The position numbers and the translations under genes are program-made. DNA of 53,387 nt from a virus (lineage: Duplodnaviria > Caudoviricetes): positions 1-53,387 of IMG/VR virus record IMGVR_UViG_3300032282_002272, one strand, 5' to 3'. The notes under the pieces were generated by a model. The model did no database searches and had not been told where the DNA came from. It worked only from the letters and a program-made list of their open reading frames with translations. Below, one piece after another: positions 8,348-15,887 of the stretch (position 1 is its first letter; the number at the start of each line of letters is the position of its first letter).

Positions 8348-8518
8348 ATGAAAACTTATCAAATTCAAATTAACACAAATGGTATTTGGACTACAGTATC
8401 AAATATTGGTAACTTTGGTCTACAACGTGAGGTAGATTATTGGGCTAATCAAACTGGCAATCCTACGCGAGCAATTGATTATAATGGTTGTGTAATGGCG
8501 ATGGCATATCCATCCTAA
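8348..8518 (+). CDS. Small protein (56 aa), probably leaderless
   Basis: MKTYQIQINTNGIW...; TTGACA-N17-TAATAT at 8313-8341 ends 6 nt before ATG; no SD. Confidence 0.7.
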   Translation: MKTYQIQINTNGIWTTVSNIGNFGLQREVDYWANQTGNPTRAIDYNGCVMAMAYPS

Positions 8519-8537
8519 TATTATAGGAAATAATAAA

Positions 8538-9002
8538 ATGAATAATATTCAAGAAGCATATGATATTATGTGTGAAAAACTCTGGTATCAAAATGGTCTT
8601 AGTCTAGACACTAATACTGATGATATCTGTCTTTATAGAAGCCAAAATGGTAATTGTTGTGCTATTGGTCATCTTATGGCTGATGATATCTATAATAATA
8701 TTTTTGAGGGTAATGTTGTTGACGATTTGATTGATATTTTTTTATCTGTTAATGAAGATTCAACAGAATTTATGGATTCTGAAATTCTTACATCACAGAA
8801 ACATATAGATTTTTTTAAAACATTGCAAAATAATATTGATTTTTATAAAATGGTTCAAACATATATGCATGATGATTATTCTTTTTCACATATACAAGAA
8901 AAATTTCTCACATATCGAGATTTTTTGGTAAAAGGCGCAAATGCAGTTGCTTCGGAATATAAGCTAATTCCATTTGATTTTTCAAAACTTAGGCAAGAAT
9001 AA
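8538..9002 (+). CDS. Hypothetical protein, CxYR-CAIG paralog 3
   Basis: CLYRSQNGNCCAIGHLMAD. Confidence 0.85.
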   Translation: MNNIQEAYDIMCEKLWYQNGLSLDTNTDDICLYRSQNGNCCAIGHLMADDIYNNIFEGNVVDDLIDIFLSVNEDSTEFMDSEILTSQKHIDFFKTLQNNIDFYKMVQTYMHDDYSFSHIQEKFLTYRDFLVKGANAVASEYKLIPFDFSKLRQE

Positions 9003-9003
9003 A

Positions 9004-9189
9004 ATGATTATTACAAATAATATTAAAGAATTTCGATCTAAAATGTTTGAAGTATGTGATATAATTGAGGAATTAGATAATATTGCTTTTAAAATGAATC
9101 ATGATGAAAAACTTTATATTTCTGAATATTTTGATGCTCACATTCATGATTTGAAACTTCGTCTGGCAGAAATTTTTGATTGGGGATGA
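9004..9189 (+). CDS. Hypothetical protein
   Basis: Starts right after the previous stop. Confidence 0.6.
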   Translation: MIITNNIKEFRSKMFEVCDIIEELDNIAFKMNHDEKLYISEYFDAHIHDLKLRLAEIFDWG

Positions 9190-9255
9190 AAAAAATGCTT
9201 GACCCATGAAGGAAATAACGATAGAGTGCCTTTATCGAAAGTGAGGAACCAAACA

Positions 9256-9705
9256 ATGACTATTGAATGTGAACGTTGCCGGGATACAGGGTATATTACT
9301 ATAACAAATGATTATACCTCTCGTTATGTTTGTGCTAGATGGTCACCTGATTATGCGAAGAACGTGGCCGGTAGTTATTGTTATGAGTGTAATGCTTCTT
9401 ACTCTGAAAGAAATAAGGTATTAGGGGCCGAATTAATGCGAGCGTATCCTAGTTATGCTGCTCTTGATCGTTGTTTTAACGAGAAGGGTAATCTAATTTT
9501 TAATCCTTGGGGGAATCCCCAACATGAATGTTATAGTATTCTTTTTGACGATGACGATGGATTTCTAAAAAATAATTATGAATATCGTGAATATATTTTG
9601 GCACGCAATTTTCCTATTGACAGCGATGCGGTAGGATTGTATCATGCGGATATTCTAGCGAATAACACAAGTGGTCATTATCCTACAATTTATTATTTTC
9701 GTTAA
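9256..9705 (+). CDS. Zn-ribbon-like hypothetical protein
   Basis: CERCRDTG ... CYEC; GAGGA RBS; promoter at 9199-9227. Confidence 0.75.
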   Translation: MTIECERCRDTGYITITNDYTSRYVCARWSPDYAKNVAGSYCYECNASYSERNKVLGAELMRAYPSYAALDRCFNEKGNLIFNPWGNPQHECYSILFDDDDGFLKNNYEYREYILARNFPIDSDAVGLYHADILANNTSGHYPTIYYFR

Positions 9706-9722
9706 ATAAGTATTAAAAGCTA

Positions 9723-9756
9723 CCCCAAGTGGCGAAATTGGTATCCGCGAAAGACT
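9723..9756 (+). pseudogene. 5' half of a tRNA-Leu-like gene
   Basis: ccccaag-tg-gcgaaattggtatccgc-g-aaaga-ct; stops at U33; no 3' half seen. Confidence 0.65.
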
Positions 9757-9758
9757 CT

Positions 9759-9844
9759 GGATGATTGGCGGAATTGGTATACGCGAAGGTCTTAAAAACC
9801 TTTGACTTTAAGTCATATCGGTTCGATCCCGATATCATCCACCA
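9759..9844 (+). tRNA. tRNA-Leu(TAA)
   Basis: Acceptor ggatgat/atcatcc, anticodon arm aaggt-ctTAAaa-acctt, long variable arm, GTTCGA, encoded CCA. Confidence 0.95.
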
Positions 9845-9999
9845 TTTTTTTATTTTTGTGTTTTGTCATATTTCTACCACAATAATTATCTGTCTGTAAC
9901 TAAAAGAAGTGTTGACAGCATCAATCAATTGTTCTACTGTATAGGTATAGCGTGACTTCATAATAAAACTCCCTAATATAGGAATATATAGTAACAAAA

Positions 10000-10082
10000 T
10001 CTCTGGTGGTGAAATTGGTAAACACGAATTTCTCAAAAAAATTTCCGAAAGGTTGTCGGTTCGAATCCGACCCAGAGAACCA
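10000..10082 (+). tRNA. tRNA-Leu(CAA)
   Basis: Acceptor tctctgg/ccagaga, aattt-ctCAAaa-aaatt, GTTCGAATC, CCA; promoter at 9912-9940. Confidence 0.93.
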
Positions 10083-10096
10083 AAATTTATAAGTTA

Positions 10097-10186
10097 CGGC
10101 GTATAGGTTAATGGTAAACCCCCTGTCTTATAAACAGGTCATCGGCAGATAACCGAGAAATGTTGGTTCGAGTCCAACTGCGCCGA
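10097..10186 (+). tRNA. tRNA with TAT anticodon (nominally Ile) and long variable arm
   Basis: Acceptor cggcgta/tgcgccg, cctgt-ctTATaa-acagg, extra arm tcgg-cagataa-ccga, T arm gttgg-ttcgagt-ccaac; no encoded CCA. Confidence 0.88.
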
Positions 10187-10279
10187 CATAGAGCATAGAA
10201 TTATATGAATAGCAATGACAATAAGACTATTTCATATAATTCTATGTTATGATATTATTAAAATATATAGGAGATTATA

Positions 10280-10468
10280 ATGTCTGATGAAGTATTTGAA
10301 CTAAAATATCATAGTGCAATGCCTAATTGGTGTAAAATCGTTGGATTAGATATTAAAATTGTTCCTGAATGGGAAGGCGGCGGTTTTATGGTTCGCCGCG
10401 ATCAAGCCGAACAAATCGTCAGAAATTCTCTTATTGTTAATTCTCTGAATGAAAAAAATAACATTTGA
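10280..10468 (+). CDS. Hypothetical protein
   Basis: GGAG RBS. Confidence 0.7.
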   Translation: MSDEVFELKYHSAMPNWCKIVGLDIKIVPEWEGGGFMVRRDQAEQIVRNSLIVNSLNEKNNI

Positions 10469-10526
10469 TTCTAAACAAATATCATCAAATATTATTAATA
10501 AAATTTAATAAAAAAGGAAAATAATA

Positions 10527-10607
10527 ATGGCAAAAAAGACTGGACATGGACGCCGAAAAATTGGTAGTAAAAAGCGCAAGAAAATGTGGAGAAACCGTAA
10601 TAAATAA
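10527..10607 (+). CDS. 26-aa highly basic peptide
   Basis: AAGGA RBS; MAKKTGHGRRKIGSKKRKKMWRNRNK. Confidence 0.7.
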   Translation: MAKKTGHGRRKIGSKKRKKMWRNRNK

Positions 10608-10676
10608 ACGATTGACATAGATAATAATATCATCTAATATTCTTGTATTGTAATTCAAAACAAAGGAAGTTAAGCT

Positions 10677-10934
10677 ATGACTACCGAAAATATTATTGAT
10701 GAAAATCGCCCAACTAAGTCTCGTGTTGGTATCAAGAACATTAAGTTTAATAATAGTGGAACGAATGGTGCTTCGCATCGTAAAGGTGCAGTAGCCCGAA
10801 AGGTTCGCCATGAACGTAATATGCGGGCGCGTGCTGAACTGTATTCTAAGTTTCAGGGCCGAAATAGCGGTGGCGCTGCCGATGCCGCAGAATTTCATTC
10901 TGGCCTAAAGGCTATTAGCCTCGGTCTAACATAG
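10677..10934 (+). CDS. Basic hypothetical protein
   Basis: Promoter at 10612-10640, AAGGA RBS, terminator at 10941-10968. Confidence 0.8.
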   Translation: MTTENIIDENRPTKSRVGIKNIKFNNSGTNGASHRKGAVARKVRHERNMRARAELYSKFQGRNSGGAADAAEFHSGLKAISLGLT

Positions 10935-10980
10935 TAAATTATAGGGGCTTAATCGCCCCTATTTTTTTATGGATTTTTTA

Positions 10981-11157
10981 ATGAAAAAGATTATTATTAT
11001 CATTGCTCTAGGGCTTTCTCTTGGTGGCTGTTATGCATATCCCCCAGGAACATATGGCACCGCCCCTGTATATGTGCCATATCGCCCACCGCCACCTATC
11101 TACTTTGCTCCTGCTTGGCGGTATGGGTATGGATGTTGTTATAGAAGGTATTGGTAA
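10981..11157 (+). CDS. Small Pro/Tyr-rich lipoprotein
   Basis: MKK + hydrophobic stretch + lipobox LGGC. Confidence 0.7.
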   Translation: MKKIIIIIALGLSLGGCYAYPPGTYGTAPVYVPYRPPPPIYFAPAWRYGYGCCYRRYW

Positions 11158-11230
11158 CACGAAATTAATTTGACAAAAATGTATAATACCTATATAATCC
11201 CTTTATCAAAACAGATAGAGGGATTTTTTT

Positions 11231-11395
11231 ATGTCTAAGCGTCTGTTCACTATCAAGATTATTTCTAATAATATTTCTCGGCGTAATCCTATTAATCGAG
11301 AAATGTGTAGCAATCCACAATATCGTTCTAAAATCGAACGTAGCAAAGTTGTTTATACTCGCAAGGGTCGTAATAATAAATTTCTGGAAAGTTAA
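11231..11395 (+). CDS. ArfA-like small basic protein (54 aa)
   Basis: RNPINREMCSNPQYRSKIERSKVVYTRKGR; perfect promoter TTGACA-N17-TATAAT at 11170-11198. Confidence 0.65.
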   Translation: MSKRLFTIKIISNNISRRNPINREMCSNPQYRSKIERSKVVYTRKGRNNKFLES

Positions 11396-11479
11396 CCCCT
11401 AATGCAAATAGGGCTTGATGTAATACTCATACTGGACTATATTTTCCTTCCCATGATGTAATAACAGGAGTAAGAAATT

Positions 11480-11659
11480 ATGTTTCAAGTTATTGTATAT
11501 GATTGTTCAGGAAATACACCTCTAATTGTAGATCGTTCTAATTTTAATAATGAAGAATGTGCATGGTCTTGGTATGATTATTGCTCCAATAATTCTCTTA
11601 ATATCAAAGGTAGGAATATTACCAAAAAGCGTGTAGAAGTGAAAGTATTCAATGATTAA
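11480..11659 (+). CDS. Small hypothetical protein (59 aa)
   Basis: AGGAG RBS; promoter at 11415-11443. Confidence 0.7.
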   Translation: MFQVIVYDCSGNTPLIVDRSNFNNEECAWSWYDYCSNNSLNIKGRNITKKRVEVKVFND

Positions 11660-11765
11660 TTATATTAAACATTATTTAATTCTAATTTTTTTATCTATTC
11701 CCTGTTTTTTGTATTTTATTATTTTATAGATAAATTTCATTTTAAATTTTGGGAATGGGTTTTAC

Positions 11766-12053
11766 TTGGAATTAATTTTGCTATTTTTTTCTCTATTTTT
11801 AATATTGAACCAGAGAAAGACAATGATGACATTAGAAAATAAAGTAACAATTAGTATACTTTATGCATTTTGGTTAATAGTTTCTACTATTGATTATATT
11901 TTTATTAAATATTTAATGGATAATATTGTTGATTATATTTTAGCAATTATATTTAGTTTTAGTATTGTCTATGCATTTATTATTTTAATTGCTGAAATTG
12001 AAACAGATAATTATAAATTTAATCTTTATCTTATGAGTAAAGATGTAAGATGA
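11766..12053 (+). CDS. Membrane protein (start uncertain)
   Basis: Two to three hydrophobic segments. Confidence 0.55.
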   Translation: MELILLFFSLFLILNQRKTMMTLENKVTISILYAFWLIVSTIDYIFIKYLMDNIVDYILAIIFSFSIVYAFIILIAEIETDNYKFNLYLMSKDVR

Positions 12054-12412
12054 AGATAGTTATTGCTGGATCAAGATCAATCATTAATTATGATTTATTG
12101 GAATTTGCTATTTATAGATCAAAATTTGTAAATATTACAGAAGTAATTAGTGGAAAAGCTAGTGGTGTAGATTTTCTTGGTGAACAATGGGCAAGAAAAA
12201 ATAATATTCCAATTATAGAATTTCCCGCAAAATGGAATCTTTTAGGTAAACGCGCTGGTTATGAAAGAAATAAAGAAATGGCACAATATTGTGATGGTGC
12301 TATTATTTTATGGAATGGTATTTCTAATGGAACAAAAAATATGGTCGAAAATTTAGAAAAATTATATAAACCATATTATAGATTAATTTTTAATGAAATG
12401 TATTATGGATAA
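12050..12412 (+). CDS. SLOG-family (YspA/DUF2493-like) protein
   Basis: IAGSR, ISGKASGVD, AGYERN motifs. Confidence 0.85.
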   Translation: MKIVIAGSRSIINYDLLEFAIYRSKFVNITEVISGKASGVDFLGEQWARKNNIPIIEFPAKWNLLGKRAGYERNKEMAQYCDGAIILWNGISNGTKNMVENLEKLYKPYYRLIFNEMYYG

Positions 12413-12416
12413 TAAA

Positions 12417-12460
12417 AAGCAGGATTAGCGTAAAATAACTAATCCTGCTTATTTTTTTTT
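12417..12460. terminator. Bidirectional terminator
   Basis: aagcaggattag / ctaatcctgctt flanked by A and T runs between convergent genes. Confidence 0.8.
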
Positions 12461-12897
12461 TATTGTTTCAATATGGAACGTAATTTCCATGCAAATTTAG
12501 TATGAATTTCTAATCTTGCGCTAAGAAAATTTACAACTTCTTGTAGATTCTCTTTGGTTGCAGCATCAATACCTTTTCTTAAATCATCAATAATGATATC
12601 ATTATCAGATTTTAAAAATTGAATCATCATATCAGCAGAAGGAACTTTTGTTTCTTCTTTTACATTTGATAATTCCATGAATCGTGAATATGAACCAGGA
12701 GCATATTTATCACATGATCTAATAATTTCTGCAATATCATCAATTGCCCCAAATAAATCATTATAAATTTCGCCAAATAATTCATGTAATTGAATAAATT
12801 CTCTGCCTTCTACATTCCAATGAAAAAACCATGCTTTTAAAAAATATGTAAAACAACTTGCCTGAATTGTTTTAAGTTCATTTACTGTTAATTGCAT
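12460..12897 (-). CDS. dps: Dps / mini-ferritin
   Basis: FHWNVEG..F..LHELF...DDIAE ferroxidase signature. Confidence 0.92.
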   Translation of the reverse strand: MQLTVNELKTIQASCFTYFLKAWFFHWNVEGREFIQLHELFGEIYNDLFGAIDDIAEIIRSCDKYAPGSYSRFMELSNVKEETKVPSADMMIQFLKSDNDIIIDDLRKGIDAATKENLQEVVNFLSARLEIHTKFAWKLRSILKQ

Positions 12898-13038
12898 TAT
12901 AAATAACTCCCTTTATATTATATTATAATTTATTTATGATTTTAGTGGCCTACATTTTTTTCTTGACATGCCGACATAACTCTCCTATATTACCCCTACC
13001 ACATGAAGTGGAAATAACTAATGAAAGGATTATATAAT

Positions 13039-13248
13039 ATGAATATTGATACTATCTCTGTTACCACACGCCTACTAAACGCTCTACAAGCTGGCCAAAT
13101 TCTTACTCCTCGCCAAATTGCTTCGCGTTTTAATGTTCGCAATCCCCGTGATCTAGTATATCGTCTGCGTAACGATGGTTATCGTATTAATACTGTTGAA
13201 GTAACAAATTCTAAAGGAATTACTCGCCGTAAATATGTAATGGCCTGA
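13039..13248 (+). CDS. Small winged-HTH DNA-binding protein
   Basis: LTPRQIASRFNVRNPRDLVYRLRNDGYRI; promoter at 12963-12991. Confidence 0.75.
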   Translation: MNIDTISVTTRLLNALQAGQILTPRQIASRFNVRNPRDLVYRLRNDGYRINTVEVTNSKGITRRKYVMA

Positions 13249-13260
13249 TTAAATAACTAA

Positions 13261-13331
13261 ATATAAGTGCTATCGCTTAACGTAAAAAGGGTAGCACTTA
13301 TATCAACCTTGCTTTTTAGGAGGAAAAAATG
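13261..13331 (+). promoter_or_regulatory. ROSE-like RNA thermometer 5' UTR
   Basis: 12-bp hairpin, then CCUUGCU pairing with AGGAGG SD upstream of hsp20. Confidence 0.65.
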
Positions 13332-13790
13332 AATACACTAATTCCAAATAATTTTGGAACTTTTACTGTTGGTTTTGATGATGCTCTTGCAATGTTCAAA
13401 GAACTAGCATTTAATCCATTTCCTACAGTTAAATATCCACCATATGACATCGTTCAAGTTGATGATAAATCATATAAAATTGATGTTGCAATTGCTGGAT
13501 ATGATCCCACTTCAATTGAAATTACTACCATTAAGAATGAATTGGTAATTGAAACTATTGGGGAAAGTAAAGAACAAGAACAAAAATATCTCCATCGTGG
13601 TATTGCCAAACGATCATTTAAACATAAATTTCTTCTTGCTGATAATGTACGAGTAAAAGATGCAGATTTTCTTAATGGTATTCTTACAATTAGTTTAGAG
13701 AAAATTGTTCCTGAAACAGAACAACCACGTAAAATTCTTATTGGTAATAGTAAGAAAACAAAACCAGTTTTGCTAAAGGAACAACAATAA
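13329..13790 (+). CDS. Small heat-shock protein (Hsp20/IbpA family)
   Basis: YPPYDI, AIAGY, YLHRGIAKRSF, NGILTISL. Confidence 0.95.
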   Translation: MNTLIPNNFGTFTVGFDDALAMFKELAFNPFPTVKYPPYDIVQVDDKSYKIDVAIAGYDPTSIEITTIKNELVIETIGESKEQEQKYLHRGIAKRSFKHKFLLADNVRVKDADFLNGILTISLEKIVPETEQPRKILIGNSKKTKPVLLKEQQ

Positions 13791-13792
13791 TA

Positions 13793-13957
13793 ATGAATCT
13801 ATTTAATACTATTATGAGGCGAATTAAAACTCGCCTCATTTCTTTTGTTGAACGTGAACGTATGTTTAATGAAATGAGTAAATTATCTGATCGTGATTTA
13901 AATGATATTGGTCTTACACGTTCTGATTTAATGTATAAACTTTACAATAAACACTAA
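13793..13957 (+). CDS. DUF1127 (YjiS-like) small protein, 54 aa
   Basis: EMSKLSDRDLNDIGLTRSDL signature; AAGGA RBS; missing from ORF track. Confidence 0.85.
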   Translation: MNLFNTIMRRIKTRLISFVERERMFNEMSKLSDRDLNDIGLTRSDLMYKLYNKH

Positions 13958-13977
13958 CACACAAGGACACTTATATA

Positions 13978-14214
13978 ATGAATGGTTATGAAATCCGTCT
14001 TACTATTCTACAGACAGCAGTAGATATTTTAATGAATGAATATAATGTAAAAACCGGGGTAATTGATCGGATTTATAATTCCAACAGTAAATATCTTCAT
14101 ATTAAAGATAGCAATCATTTTAAAACTCTTATTTCAGAATTTAATGCGCCATCAAATGCTGAAATTATTAGATTAGCAAATTCTTTATATGAAGATTTTA
14201 TTGAGAAAAAATAA
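13978..14214 (+). CDS. Hypothetical phage protein
   Basis: AAGGA RBS; NGYEIRL N-terminus. Confidence 0.75.
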   Translation: MNGYEIRLTILQTAVDILMNEYNVKTGVIDRIYNSNSKYLHIKDSNHFKTLISEFNAPSNAEIIRLANSLYEDFIEKK

Positions 14215-14555
14215 TGTTCATTAAGAACAAATATAAAGTCGGCCATATTTATTACGCCCCGCGCGTATATCCTAATATAAAAAAAGAAACTAAAGTAATT
14301 GATGGCAAAATTTATATTCATGAAGAACCAATTCTAGAAATTGTAATTAAAAAAAGAATAATTGATAAAATATTAATTACAATTACTGATAATAATGTTA
14401 AAATTAATTATTATGGTAGAGATTTTAAAGATTTTTTGAATATGGATTATGAAAAACATGTTGCCGAAAATGATTTAAAGTTTACAAACGAAAAAACTTC
14501 ACATAAATTTGCGGAAAATTGGTTAAAAAAAGAAAAGAAACCATATTATGGCTAA
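14214..14555 (+). CDS. Hypothetical protein
   Basis: TAATG coupling. Confidence 0.7.
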   Translation: MFIKNKYKVGHIYYAPRVYPNIKKETKVIDGKIYIHEEPILEIVIKKRIIDKILITITDNNVKINYYGRDFKDFLNMDYEKHVAENDLKFTNEKTSHKFAENWLKKEKKPYYG

Positions 14556-15033
14556 TCAAATATTTTTAGATTCGGATGGCGTTCTATTTGATTTTGATAG
14601 CCATTTCATGACTATGAGTGGTGGTATTCATCCGCGCCAATTTCCAGACGATGAATTGTGGAAGATTGTTAATGCAAATGAGAATTTTTGGATTACAATG
14701 CCTTTAATGCCCGGTGCAAGAACATTACTAGAACATGGAAAATTACATGGTCCAATTCTTCCAGTTGTAATCACTGGTTGTCCCCGTTCTAACTTTGATT
14801 TTGTTGCCGAGCAAAAGAAACGTAAATTCAAAATCTATTTTCCTGATATTGAAATTGTAACTTGCCTATCACGCGATAAACCCTTGCACATGAAAAATCC
14901 CGGTGATATACTCATTGATGACTTCGCAAAAAATATTAAACGATGGGAAAAGGCCGGTGGTAAAGGTATTCGTTATTATAATTACAAACAAGCTATGAAT
15001 GAGTTGATGGTAATTACTGAAAATGCAAAATGA
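14548..15033 (+). CDS. HAD-family 5'(3')-deoxyribonucleotidase-like protein
   Basis: FLDSDGVL, ILIDD...NIKRWEKAGGKGI. Confidence 0.85.
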   Translation: MANQIFLDSDGVLFDFDSHFMTMSGGIHPRQFPDDELWKIVNANENFWITMPLMPGARTLLEHGKLHGPILPVVITGCPRSNFDFVAEQKKRKFKIYFPDIEIVTCLSRDKPLHMKNPGDILIDDFAKNIKRWEKAGGKGIRYYNYKQAMNELMVITENAK

Positions 15034-15658
15034 TTCATTATGGTTTACATGGGAACCATACAAAATCTTGAATAAATTTGGAATCGTGTCTGATGATGAA
15101 AAATCTTTTAAGGCACGATCCTATGATTTAGAAAATTTTTTTGATGGTGATATTTCTGGCTGGTATTATATTGCTAATGCAAGCGATGGAACCGACGAAG
15201 CTATTAAATGGATTTTAGGACCAATTTCTGCATATTTAAAATCAATAAAATATCCTAGTTCAAAAATAAATCGTCTTTTACGTGCGCCGGATTTATATGC
15301 ATTTGTTGATTATCTGAAAACTGGTAAAATTGATAGGGCTTTTGCTAAAGATATTTTAATTGAATTAATTGAACATGATAAAATTAAAATAGTTGATGAT
15401 GATATAGTTTTAATGCAGGGATATGAGATTCTTGATGAAATTATCTCGCAACCAAAGTATAAGTCTCTATCGAATGATGAAGTTGATGTAGTAATTGAAA
15501 AGATTATCGCCGCCAATTCTGAAAAATTTGCTAATATCTCTAATGAACCAAAATTAACACAATGGTTTGTTGGGCAAATTATGAAAGAATTGAAAGGTAA
15601 AGCCAACGGTCAATTAGTGACACAAAAATTAAAGGATAGAATAAATGGATTACAGTGA
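15023..15658 (+). CDS. GatB/Yqey C-terminal domain protein
   Basis: WFVGQIMKELKGKANG; no GatB catalytic N-terminal domain. Confidence 0.75.
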   Translation: MQNDSLWFTWEPYKILNKFGIVSDDEKSFKARSYDLENFFDGDISGWYYIANASDGTDEAIKWILGPISAYLKSIKYPSSKINRLLRAPDLYAFVDYLKTGKIDRAFAKDILIELIEHDKIKIVDDDIVLMQGYEILDEIISQPKYKSLSNDEVDVVIEKIIAANSEKFANISNEPKLTQWFVGQIMKELKGKANGQLVTQKLKDRINGLQ

Positions 15659-15887
15659 AAAAAATTATAATCTAGAAATGGAATTACGGCGCGTTCTGAA
15701 TAGTTTCTGTCAGGAAAATGAATCCAATACACCTGACTGGATTCTTGCTGTATATGTTCTAGATTGTCTCGATGCATTTAATCGCGCCGTGAATGATCGT
15801 GAACGATATTACGGGCGAGGAAATTTTTCTCTGGCTGCAATTGTGGATTCCGATATTGTAAGTAAAGATGATCCGAAACATGATTAA
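15645..15887 (+). CDS. Hypothetical phage protein
   Basis: ENESNTPDWILA motif; AAGGA RBS. Confidence 0.75.
   Translation: MDYSEKNYNLEMELRRVLNSFCQENESNTPDWILAVYVLDCLDAFNRAVNDRERYYGRGNFSLAAIVDSDIVSKDDPKHD

Noticed and set aside
9845-9999. Nested or split tRNA 3' half
   Set aside because: No T-arm or complementary acceptor strand found downstream
10485-10898. Minus-strand 137-aa ORF
   Set aside because: Antisense to promoter- and RBS-supported plus-strand genes
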